From Bugula neritina (lineage: Eukaryota > Animalia > Bryozoa), in contig OZ037767.1 of NCBI GenBank assembly GCA_964035545.1, positions 18,568,259 through 18,632,258 of the forward strand: DNA of 64,000 nucleotides, in the 5' to 3' direction. The first letter of the stretch is position 1, and each line of letters begins with the position of its first letter. Positions 1 to 12,500 of this stretch are shown here, piece by piece. The notes beneath the pieces were generated by a model. The model saw nothing but the letters and a program-made list of their open reading frames with translations. It ran no database searches and was not told where the DNA came from. Made by a program: the position numbers and the translations under genes.

Positions 1-58
1 GAGTGAGTAGTGTGAGTAGTGAGTAGTGTCAGTGAGTAGTGTGGGTGAGTACTGTGTG
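1..58. repeat. Degenerate GTGAGTAGT-type short tandem repeat (truncated by window start)
   Basis: Repeated gtgagtagt/gagtagtgt units. Confidence 0.6.
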
Positions 59-193
59 AGGAAATCTGTGATGAGAAGTTGGAGATACATACTGTCAGGA
101 TCCACTTGATGAGAGAACACAACTCCCAGTCACATCAGCAAAACATCACATCAATGTATTATTGAGTATCTAAATTACCAAGTATTTACTCAC

Positions 194-3100
194 CTTATTA
201 GCGAATATGGTGAGGGATGTACGGCCAGGTTTGAAGACATCCACCACTTTCTGGAACAGCTCCTTGTAGTTGTCCAGAGGTACGTTAGTCTCAAAGCTGA
301 CGTAAGCAAACTCAGGCTCAGGGGTGATGTGGATAGTCCAGTACTGACCCTAAAAGACAGCACAGCCCACATCCCTGATGATTCTTATAAAAACATGTCA
401 GAGTCGGAATCAGAGTGAAGATGGCAGATTAGAGCAGCACCTGACTTGAATCAAAACAACTCATGTGATGTCCAATCATATGAGGAAATGGTCAAATGAC
501 AAGTCAGCTTATGTAAAAACATGTCTAAGTGAAAGCTGTCTTATTTCACTTGGACATGTTTTTACATAAGCTGACTTGTCATGTGACCATTTCCTCTTAT
601 GATTGGACATCACATGAGTTGTTTTGATTCAAGTCAGGTGCTGCTCTAACCTGCCATCTTCACTCTGATTCTGACCCTGACATTTTTTTATACGTGGCCC
701 TACTGGTAGCATGGATTCCATGAAGGCAACTAGCACAATTTACATCTTCTTAAATTAAACAATCTAATTTTGTAATAATTCTCTCTTATATATAAATTTA
801 ATGCAAAATAAAAAAGTAATTTATGGTAACTTTTATACCCATATAAATTCTTTATTGTAGCATTTCATTATATTTGCTCACTACTTGTAGTAAAACCTTA
901 CTTTCTTCACTTGTATACTTATTTAAGCAAGCTTGAGCACAATACAAGTCTAGATATGTTAGACACAACGCTATTGGTTGAATACACCTAGAGAGATGAC
1001 ACTTACGTTAGGCAGGATGCCATTGGCTGAATACCCACACGGCTCAAACAGGTGTTCATCAATCACAGATTTGGGGAGAATCTTGTCTATCCCAGAATTC
1101 TAAAATATGAGAAATAATGCAGAGTATCTCTCAGTACAGAGTATCTCTTAGTACAGAGTATCTCTTAGTATAGAGTATCTCTCAGTACAGAGTATCTCTC
1201 AGTACAGAGTATCTCTTAGTATAGAGTATCTCTTAGTATAGAGTATCTCTCAGTATAGAGTATCTCTTAGTATAGAGTATCTCTTAGTATAGAGTATCTC
1301 TTAGTATAGAGTATCTCTCAGTATAGAGTATCTCTCAGTACAGAGTATCTCTCAGTACAGAGTATCTCTCAGTACAGAGTATCTCTCAGTACAGAGTATC
1401 TCTCAGTACAGAGTATCTCTCAGTATAGAGTATCTCTCAGTACAGAGTATCTCTCAGTACAGAGTATCTCTCAGTACAGAGTATCTCTCAGTACAGAGTA
1501 TCTCTTAGTATAGAGTATCTCTTAGTATAGAGTATCTCTCAGTATAGAGTATCTCTTAGTATAGAGTATCTCTTAGTATAGAGTATCTCTTAGTATAGAG
1601 TATCTCTTAGTATAGAGTATCTCTCAGTATAGAGTATCTCTTAGTATAGAGTATCTCTTAGTATAGAGTATCTCTTAGTATAGAGTATCTCTCAGTATAG
1701 AGTATCTCTCAGTACAGAGTATCTCTTAGCATAGAGTATCTCTCAGTACAGAGTATCTCTTAGTACAGAGTATCTCTCAGTACAGAGTATCTCTTAGTAC
1801 AGAGTATCTCTCAGTACAGAGTATCTCTCAGTACAGAGTATCTCTTAGTATAGAGTATCTCTCAGTACAGAGTATCTCTTAGTACAGAGTATCTCTTAGT
1901 ATAGAGTATCTCTCAGTACAGAGTATCTCTCAGTACAGAGTATCTCTCAGTACAGAGTATCTCTTAGTACAGAGTATCTCTCAGTACAGAGTATCTCTTA
2001 GTACAGAGTATCTCTCAGTACAGAGTATCTCTCAGTACAGAGTATCTCTTAGTATAGAGTATCTCTCAGTACAGAGTATCTCTTAGTACAGAGTATCTCT
2101 TAGTATAGAGTATCTCTCAGTACAGAGTATCTCTCAGTACAGAGTATCTCTCAGTACAGAGTATCTCTCAGTACAGAGTATCTCTCAGTACAGAGTATCT
2201 CTCAGTATTAAGTATTTTTCAGAAGCACCCTAAATGGTACTTGTAACTTGCTGTACTTTAAGTAAAAATTAGGAGTTTTGGCAACAGCTGAAGTTTTTTC
2301 TAACTTAGTTTCAAAAACAGGTTTTTCACTATATTATTCCAGTAACTTTTACTTGTATGCTATTAAAACTAATAAAAGGTGGCAACTTGAAAATAAAAAA
2401 GCAACAATAACCCTATAAAAATAATACTGCAAAATGTTGAATGATTGATTTGTTACACATCACAGACATAAAAACATGTTGCGAAATTCCCTATAAATAC
2501 TGGCCTTAATGGGTAGATATAAACAATATGGAAAAAAGTTCGAACTCTGTAGGATTATTTAAAATAAAAGATTTAAAGTATTTACAAGTTGTAGTAAAAG
2601 TAGATTTAGGTATGCCAGTTGATTTTAGAGTGCTTTAAGTATATTTAGGCAAGCAGAATGTACAGAGCAGAACTTTATATTCATTTCAATTTCAGTTTCA
2701 TTTCAAAGTAACATGGAAATTCGTTATAATGATGCAATACATTAAATTCTTACAGGATTGTGTGAGAACAATTAGCATAAACTAAGCTAAAAGTCTATTC
2801 AGAATACCTGCATTCAACCAGCATTAACCAGTGGTTTCTTACAAAACTATCTAAACTTTATGTTAGGGGGAGAATTTTGAAGGGTTTATTCTTTGTATTA
2901 AACCTATTAATGATTCCTCACTTGATTAGCACTTCTGTTACATGAACTGACTAGCAATCTACCTTCATTTAATAGACTGAGAGTTCTTAGAGTGCTTAAA
3001 GTTAGCTGATGGTTTGTTTGGCTCAATGAAAGGCACAATGTTGCAGTATGAATATGCAGCCCAGACTTCTACTGATATTAAATTGGCTCTAGTAATTAGC

Positions 3101-6100
3101 AATCATTAGCTATATAGGAACGCTGCTTCTAGTAATGTGGGAGAGGTTCCATCAAAGTAAACAAACATAGTGTCAGCGTTATTACTATTTAATATACAGT
3201 AGCTCAGAAAGGAAATATAGGATTACTCCTATCTCTTCTGATGGTGTATATATTGTGAAGGTAATAAATAGTACATTGCAAGCTGATAGTACCAAGTACA
3301 TGCTGATCAATACTACAGAATTTAGGTCTTCAGTCTTTTACAATGTCCTATACTATGAGTGGAGATAAGCAATGATGAATGGAAATGCAGTTAGGACTCC
3401 AGGTACACACAGACACCAGCAAGCACCTATGTGCACCTGACTGTTGATCATGTGGCCTACTATATCTTGACACACTGGAGTGTCCTGTCATTGTCACATG
3501 CTGATAGGAAACTCAACAATGGCAATCACAGAAACTACAGACATGCTGCACCCAGTGCTCATGCAGGTGAAATTCTAGGACAGTTGTTTTGGTAACAATA
3601 CAATAGATAACACTTTTAGGGCAGAGTAAAGTTTGCATGTCAGAAAATGGGCCAGTGTTGAGTCCCAAAGAGTGTAGAGTTGTTTTGCTACTCCAAATAC
3701 TAATATAACTAAAAGATATCCCATTAACTCGCATTTAGTTGTTAGAAATTAAAATTGACAAGGAAAGTAAACCGAAGGTCTGTCAAAGTGAGTATGATGA
3801 CCTACCTTGGTCGCTGCCTTGCCATCCATGCTGACGCTCTTGTAGTAGTGCTTCATCACTTCTGGGTCCAAGTCCGTCATGAGGAGTTCAACAGTCTGGT
3901 CTGGTTTCTCCACACCCTTGTGGGGCTGCGGGGAGGTGGTGTACATGTGCCAGCAGTCCGCATTCACTCTACCAAAACTGTAGGCTATCCCCTCTCCAAA
4001 CACCCCATTCAGCCAGTCAACCTGATAAGGAAACCACACTGAAATCATAAGTTCTGAATCTCACTGCATCAGTATTCTGCTACAAGCAGGAGTCAGTATT
4101 AGAGATGCAGGACAATATAATTTTACTTGAATGAAGTTTTTGATAATTTCTTTTTTATTTACTTTTTTAAAATAATATCTTTCATAATATCGCACATATA
4201 ATTTAAATAAACATAATAGCAATATTATTATAAAACAAACAAAAGACATAAGACTATCGCTACTTCCACCTCTATGCTCTGTGATTTGTCTAAAACTGTC
4301 CCAAACAACACAAGTACAATATTCAAGGCTACAGGCACCATATTCAAGGCTACAGCCACCATATTCAAGGCTACAGGCACCATATCCAAAGCAAACACAG
4401 CACTGAATGCATGAGTAAAGCTTCACTCACCTCTTCAGGAAAGCTGGTATGGGGAGCAATTTGATCACATGGTCTCTCAAAGTTCTTACGACTGAAGAAA
4501 ATATCCTACAAATATGCAGTGTAACAATTCAGCTACAGATAACTACAATGTACTCTTATGACTATCTCTACAGTACATTAAATATGCTGTCAGCAAACTT
4601 TCATAACAATTGGAAGTTGCTCTACCTCAGCAATTACATGTGGACAAAATAGTTAAATTTAATTTCGGCTTTAAACTATTTTGCTTTGTAAAAATAAAGC
4701 ACATGTTCTATACATAAAATCCAATAAACTACCATTTCAACAATCAACTAAAGGTGATGATACTGCTTTACTATATTGACCAGCTCAAACAGTGGAGTTG
4801 CTCAAATATAGAAGTTCATAATCATAACACAAGTTTCTACTGTCAGAACAGTCTGCATCAAATATCTTGTCACCATAACCACTAAGTGATATCTCAGCAT
4901 GTTATGTAACAGGAAATAATAATTAATAACAGGGTTCAAAAGTTAAACAACTTGCCCTATACAATCACATCTAACATATAATATATACATTATGCAACAT
5001 AAAATGGCACACAGCAATATTCTCTTATACTGTATTGCATTATATAACAATGACTTCTAAACACTCCACATCAACATCATATGCTAAATACTTTATGATC
5101 AGACTTACAGCAATGGAGTCAAAGCCACACACATTCTTCACCAGCTGGATGAGAGGTTTGATAGCGTGGAGTAAGGTGGTGGTGCCACAGGTCTTTAGTA
5201 TAAACCTGTCCTTCGACACAAACATGCTGCTTTCGCTGTCAATACAACACAACGCGTAAATGCAGTGCTGAAATACTCACAATTATTACAAGGTGTACTG
5301 GCAGCTCCGAGTGCACCCGCAAACCGCTATCAGGTTGAGACACCAGTTTCAGAGAAAGTCTTATGGAAACAGAGAAAGCGTAGACAAAATATACCTCCTA
5401 TTACAACTTAATTAAAATTAGATTAATGTTACTGAATCAGTGCTACTTAAATACCAAAACTCAACATTACAAAACACAAACCAAGCCTATTTTCTGTGCT
5501 TAAAATAAGTTATCTGAGACCAATGGTAGTTTCCAAACAATGCACAGCAAATCTGTAGAATAACACTAAACACATATTTTCAAGAATTAGCCAACACAAG
5601 TGTCAACAATCTCACCTTAGGACATAAGAGTCCAGGGAGTCACTCTTAGTAACAGATATTATCTCACAGTTCACCAGAGACAGTATGCTTTCCCAGTCAG
5701 CCCTGCAGCAAACGCAAAACTCATCAACTCAAATTTCAGCTGAAAGAGTAATTTCCTTCTTACTTAGTTATTAGTGAATCTGCTAGTAATTCATAATTGT
5801 AGTATGACTATCTAGAGTCTAGACTCTAGGGTATGATATATGTAACTGTTAGAAAAAGTAAGAAAACTTGATTTTTAAAGGCCAACAAAGTAAAAATAGT
5901 TAGGTTTTAGCAGCTAGCCATATTGAACTTAAAACACAATATAAAATATTAATAAATAATAGAGAGTTTGGTGAAGGTTAATAATTAATCATTTAATATA
6001 AATACTTATATAAGAACTAATCGCAAGATCAAGGTGGAGATAATCAATCGGTGAATGTAAACTAATTAATCTAAAGAACTTTGAAAGAGCTAAAAAAGCA

Positions 6101-7730
6101 TAAAATCAATTTATTTTGTTTAATAATAATAATAATAATATTTATAATAATTATGATTATCATTATGGATACATTGATTAAAGAAGTTACTCAGACTAAA
6201 ATTTCAGTTATAAAATTCAGAAACAGAAGTATTTTTATTTCTAATTCTTATTAAATAACGATTAGCACCAATATCAATGACACTACACTTAGTAGGACTG
6301 TGACTGTGGTCCAGTCAAACCCAAACTTAAAGTCGATGTCATATTGATATTAATCGTTATTTAATAGTAATACAAACAATAAATAAAAATACATTTATTT
6401 CTGAATTCTGTGACTGAAATTTTAGTCTGAGCAACTACTTTAATAAATACATTTCCAATCATAATAATTATGTCTAAGATGTAGCACAATTACATCACCA
6501 TCCTAACATCATGACTATGACTAGGTACATCAAATAATAATTTTCAAGTAACGCTTTACAGTTTAATATTAGGTTAGATCGGTAGACAAGAAAATTTGAG
6601 TAAGCTTCAATGCACTCTCAAGAGGCAAGATCAACTACCAGTGCAGATATTAACTTGTAAATTTATGACGTTCAACCAGTTACCCGGCCAGTTAAATCTT
6701 CACGCCATGAATGCTATAGCGAACCCACTTATTTTCATGCGTTTAGCAACAATAGCGTAATGGCTATCTCAAAAATCTACAAGTCTCGAGCATAGCCTTC
6801 TACTTAAATCATTATAACTAAATAGCTAAAGCATAATATCATCATATTAATACTTCAATTGATAGAAAACCTTTAGAGATGGTATCAAAATATATTCATT
6901 TTACATATCTGTCACAAATTATAACTTAAATTATCGATTGAAAAACATGGATTTTTACTATACTTCAACACCACTTACTACAAGGGGCAGATGATTTGAA
7001 GGGGTTCGTGATCATAAAATCAGTTTAATATAAGGCTCTGCTACACAATGTTATCTTCAAATTTTCTCTACATGAACTATACTAAAAGTTATTAGCAAAT
7101 CAAAAAGAGGTCTAAACAGGTTTTCTACGCTGTATGCTCCCCAGATTGGACCCGGGCTATCGATGCCACTCGATTTTGCGAAAGTAGGCGGGGCTAAAGG
7201 ATACTTGATGTACCTACTATGACCATCACAACGAGATGAGTTAAACTTACAGTTAATCTAAGAATAACACTATCAATGTAAGTGGTAGATTACGTAACAC
7301 TAACAGTGTCAGTACCACTAGCACTAACAGTAATTTTAAAATAACTTGAAAAACTGTGAGTTTAACCTCAACAGCTTAACGAATATTAATTTAACTTCAA
7401 CACATTCTCATTTTGATTTACCTAAACTTAAAGTTTTATGGTTAAAGTTAAGCCTAAGGACAAGGTTAATCAACTGATATACTTGTTGTTGAGGTTAGGC
7501 CAAAGATCGAGATGAAGATTATTTAATTTAATTAAAATCATTGAAGATGAAGATCAACTCATTATGATATTGATTAAGCTTAACTTCAGCTCACTTTAAG
7601 ATGAAGATTCTCATTCTGATTCTTACCTTTGAATGTCACGAAGGTCTGCCTTTTTCAAAATACGTTCGTTGTTCGAGGTGAACCATATTTCAAGAAGCTT
7701 TTCTGCGCCTTCAAAAAAATATTCTGGCAT
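194..7730 (-). CDS. AMD1: S-adenosylmethionine decarboxylase proenzyme (3'-partial; last exon lies beyond window start)
   Basis: Phase-consistent GT-AG exons 7730-7627, 5702-5616, 5235-5109, 4505-4431, 4021-3806, 1099-1007, 349-194. Translation has the hallmark motifs [22 protein letters not shown] (pyruvoyl self-cleavage site), [43 protein letters not shown] and [20 protein letters not shown]. Confidence 0.97.
386..692. repeat. Near-perfect palindrome (~150-bp arms, 9-nt loop); foldback/MITE-like, in AMD1 intron 6
   Basis: 386-534 is the reverse complement of 544-692 with few mismatches; centre aagtgaaa-gctgtctta-tttcactt. Confidence 0.92.
1119..2208. repeat. 17-bp minisatellite (YAGAGTATCTCTYAGTA)n, ~64 units, AMD1 intron 5
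   Basis: Direct tandem array with two variable positions. Confidence 0.97.
4318..4384. repeat. 21-bp tandem repeat x3 (atattcaaggctacaggcacc), AMD1 intron 4
   Basis: Three direct copies. Confidence 0.85.
6150..6470. repeat. Degenerate long palindrome (~150-bp arms), AMD1 intron 1
   Basis: ctcagactaaaatttcagt / actgaaattttagtctgag and tattaaataacgatta / taatcgttatttaata pair symmetrically around ~6305. Confidence 0.85.
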
Positions 7731-7989
7731 TTTTAGTTCAGTCAGTTTACTTCTGTTGAAATAATAAAACTGAATAAATCTCCTTAGTTACACTGGATTT
7801 TATTTCTTTCGAAGCGACGATGAAAGCACGAGTGACTGTGAAGCCGACCAATTACTCAATAAACAAGTGTGGCAACGGATACTTGAACCAATCACCACTG
7901 ATTTCTTAAAAGGCTTAAAAGTGGAAAGCACGGACTCGCACTTTTGCAATTTACAAATAATATTTATTTTAGAATATCGCTAGAAGCAG

Positions 7990-8095
7990 CACCAAACTGG
8001 GAGTGACTGATCACCGTATTCGTATACACATATAGTTGTCCTAACTGTAGACTTCAGACCCCTTCACCAATGCACTCAGCGGCCACCAATTTAGT
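7990..8095 (-). promoter_or_regulatory. Probable AMD1 core promoter
   Basis: On the - strand, an Inr-like TCAGTC at ~8010-8005 with ATTGG/CCAAT boxes ~60 and ~80 nt upstream. No ATG between 8028 and the start codon at 7730. Confidence 0.4.
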
Positions 8096-8752
8096 GCTGT
8101 TTCAAGCGGTTTTCTCTATTTAAACGCGATTTAGTTGAACATTCGCTCTAGAGAGTCGAGTCTAATCACTAATAAATATTTTGCGAGACTGTTATCCCAT
8201 TTTCGAGAAGAAAACTTCTGAAATGCAGCAACTTGTTAAACGCTATAATAATAACATTATTGTAAATTTTGTCACTCATGATCAGTCACATAGCTATGAA
8301 AGTCCAGTACATATAAATTGTATAATATTAGAAACTAGGTTATCATTATGAATTGAATCACTTTATGCGACTTTTGCATAGGTAGCTTTAGTGCTTGCTG
8401 GAATATGTTATATAAGGAGGCTATTTTGCCTTACCAGTATATATTATACTATTTTATGCTAATGTAAATAATATTATAAATTATGTATTATTATATAATA
8501 TAGCACTGATACACATAATATAGTATAATGTACTGATCCTCTTTTATCAAGACATTTTGTTCATTATAGCCAATATACTTATCTATAATACTGTTATCTT
8601 CTGTAACCATACAGGCCACACATAAACAAACTGAACTCATATCACAACCTGCATGTAAAGGTTTACTAATCTACCCAAAGTATATACCATATAATTCCTA
8701 CACACTCTATGAGTATAAAGTATTTAAAGCAGATAATTATTACAATATAGAT

Positions 8753-8991
8753 CAGGGGTGGGCAACTGTGAACCCCAGAACCACCTGTAGCCCTTTGCCC
8801 ATTTATCAGTGGCCCTTTTGATGCATAAGATAAGTCAAAGTTGTTCTAATTATGCATTCTGATTAGCACATTATAGGTTTGGTGCCAAATTACGTATTAT
8901 AATAAAATGTATTATGTGTACAATTATGTGGCCCTTAACTTTGGCTGACTTTTCAACTTGGCCCTCATGCAAAAGAAGTTGCCCACTCCTG
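8753..8991. mobile_element. hAT (Charlie-like) MITE
   Basis: TIRs CAGGGGTGGGCAAC / GTTGCCCACTCCTG; degenerate 8-bp TSD atatagat / atgtaggt. Confidence 0.85.
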
Positions 8992-9536
8992 ATGTAGGTA
9001 CTATGATATTTCTAACTAAAGTTTTAGCTTTTAGACAAGATTGGTGTTAAAATGTTGAAGGAGTTGACACTATGATTACTAAAATTATATGATTGTTTGT
9101 TGTATTTAACCAGTCAATCACATATTACTTAGGGGTATGTATGATTATGAAGGAAATTCATTTGTCCTTGTAGGGAAGTTGTCCTATCATGTTCATATTT
9201 TGCACTGAAAACATTCCTTGGGTTAGAGTTATGCAGTCGTGAAAAAATAAAAACACAACTCAAAAAATATACATTCAAGTATCTTCACTAATTTGTATGA
9301 AAGAACTATTTCATTGGTAATGCCACTTTATTTGCTACAAGCTGTTATAAGCAGTGGCTGCGGTTGTCGATCCGTTGCCACGACAACCAAAAACTATTTG
9401 AGCGATCTAAAAACAGTCTTCAACATTTAAATCATATAAAATTCAGTCAAATGTCAAACTTATAGGTATCAATAAATTATATAGGTATATTGTTTAAAAA
9501 TGAATGCCTAAATATATTGTTTGCTACTTTAAGTTA

Positions 9537-12500
9537 TCAGCTGACATCCATTTCAGTCAAAAATATTTTGTTTCCATTTTGAGATTTTGTATTAGAAAGT
9601 TCACTCAGTGCACCAATTGTTTTTGCTTTAGATGCGCTGCTTTGTGGAGAAAGTTTTAAATTGCTTTGTTTTTTAGAGTTGTCTTCCTTTTCCATATTGG
9701 ACTGCTTCGTCTTGTGCCTGCATGCAGGAGTGTTTTCTATAGAAACTGGGCTATCGGTTTGCAGCTTCTGATTCTCTATTCGTCTCAAGTGCTGCTGATA
9801 GAGTTTCAGCTGTTTGATCTGCTTGGCTTTCCTTTTCATGTACTCTTCATACATACAGAGTATGCCAGTTGTTGAGGATATCTCCATGCTGTACTTGTAT
9901 GAAAATGGCTTTCTTCCTAAAGTTCACACAAACTATCTTATAGTGGAGATTAGTAATTATAACCACAGATAGCAGATAATATGCTGTATGACAGATAATA
10001 ATATACTGTATGACAGATATAAATACAGTGTATGACAGATAATATAGGCTACTGTATGGCAGGTAATACAGTGTATGACAGTGATGGTAATATTGCTATA
10101 TAAATTGAATCATAGTCATAGCTTTAGATTACTTCTTGCAAGATTTTGGTAAACAGCACACCAAATCCTAGGCACAATAGTGATAAAGTATTCTCAAAAA
10201 GGTTATAACTGCAAATTAAGATGTCTTATAATTTGACCAAAATTTCTACTATATAATTGACCACCTTCATGTTAAATCTATATAATGTACATTATGTTTC
10301 AGGCTTAATTAATATGTTACAGATTTGAAGCAACTCACCTTGGTCTACTGAGCGTTGATATCTAGTTTTCAATAACTTCAACTTATTTGTTAGAAGTTTG
10401 TGCTGTTCTAGAGCTCTTTGTAAGCTCTTGTTGTACTCATCTAGTCTGTCGTTTAGTAACTCTCGGTTAAAAGAGCTCAAATTCATCACTCTAGAATCAA
10501 AATGAAATATATTCATTTACAAAATTTATTAATTCTAAGCTAATACCATTTATTTAATTAGGACATAGATATGTTCCCTACAAAGAATAACAACTAAATG
10601 CAAATGCCTGTGTAGTATTCTAAAAGGTAATAATTGAAATATTGTGCATAAATGCACAATATATAGCTAATTTAAAGTCATGCATGAAATAGATTAAATT
10701 GAATAATATATATATCTGTAAAATCAGTCATAGGAATATGTGTGCTTTATATCTCACGACCTTCATTCAAAAGTAACATTTTTTCAACTCTAAACTAATT
10801 GCAACAGCATTTGAGGAAACAACTACATGTATAAAGCTGACTGATAGAATGACCTCTCAAGTTGCTCAAAACTTGGTCAATAAGAGCTTTTATAGTTATC
10901 AATTCTGCCATGAAAATACAAAGTTTTATTCCTCATATATAAAAACACACACTAACACAGACACACATGTTTAAGTTTTATATATGTTGTTTATATGCTT
11001 GTACCAACTATAAATCAGGTTAATTTTGTTTTAGTGGAGGAAATAAATGAGCAGGCTGAAAATAACAACTATCTTTACTGCAGCTAGTTAACAATGAGTC
11101 ATGCAAATATAGAGTGTTAGGGTTTTTCAAATACTTCAGTCAATTTATTACCATAAAAGGCCTCTTTGTTATTTCTGACAAAGAAGCATCTAGTTCCACA
11201 ATAATCTTTTAACCAACACAACAAAACCTAAAGTTAAAGCTTTTCCTTTGCAGGTGTTCTATTTATAATATAAATATATACTGTATGTTCAGTATGAGGA
11301 ATGACTCATAAAGAGTGAGTAATGCTATACTTCAGATGAAATGACGTAGAATAGAATATCTTGCATTGTCATCTAAACTAAATATAGTTCTATATGTATT
11401 AGTAAAAAGCTTATGCATTGATATACTGTCGCACCAGTGAATGAGAAAGTTATTTTAGTTTAAAGTTTATAAGCCACTAGCTAGCTATTTAAACTTCCTC
11501 AAAGACCTTTAATTCTGTAAATATGATTGCAATGCACTTACAATGTAGAAATAAAATATATTTTACAGAAGTAAACAAAATCACCAAGAGCCTTTCTTCC
11601 TAATAATTATGGCTGATATTTTAATTCATATGTTTTTATGCTTGAATCACCTCAAGCTGTGATCTGGAAGCAGTGGGTAGTAGCAGTTGGTGGTGCAAGA
11701 TGTCTACAAAGTTTTGCTTTCAGTCCACTAGTCTATACTACTTTAAATGCTCAACTAATGAATATTGATGTACAGCTAACTGTAATAATAAGATATTATG
11801 CTAGAGAAGGCAAAGATGCTTTCAGCTAGCAGGAAACAAGCAAATGCTCCAACAACATAATATTACTTGGCTGCAAGCATGATTTGCACCCAGTAGAAAT
11901 GTGCTAATTTTAGAGCACATGGGCATTCCTTAGAGAGAAGTCAGAAACATCAATACCAGCTCATAGCTCTATGTAATGACGTAACGATTACGTTTTAATT
12001 TTCATATGTGGGATCTTTCAGGCATTTGAATGCTCAGTCATCCTAGTCATGAACAACTAAAAGTTGAACCTGGGTGGCCTGAAATTGCTCTAATCAATGG
12101 ACCACACAGGCAATGTGAAACATATTTTGGTTATTTTTCTACTAAAGAGGTCCATGAAACTTATGTAATTATAATTAATCAAAACTTTTCAGTTTAAAGT
12201 CACTTGAATTATATGTAATTAAATCATTAAATAAATCGTGTTTAACTCAAAATTCAAATTGATGCCACTATTTCGCAGAAACCATTCTATACATACTTCT
12301 AGCAATATGACATAGCTAACAACCCAGACCAACTTTCTGTGTTGTGTCTATAGTCAACTATCATATTAATTGCATCACTCAAAACTAACTTTAAATGCTC
12401 CATTCTCTGCAATCTCAACCAACCAACCCTTTGGACTATGTATACTAATCATAATAAGCTTATGGGTAGTATATTTTGTATGCATACTTGAGTAATAATT

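Noticed and set aside
1119-2208. Tandem arrays as CRISPR-like repeats
   Set aside because: No unique spacers, no cas genes, eukaryotic intron context
3755-4042. + strand 95-aa ORF (likewise 9666-9875, 22695-22925, 54738-54935, 50434-50634)
   Set aside because: Antisense shadows of real exons
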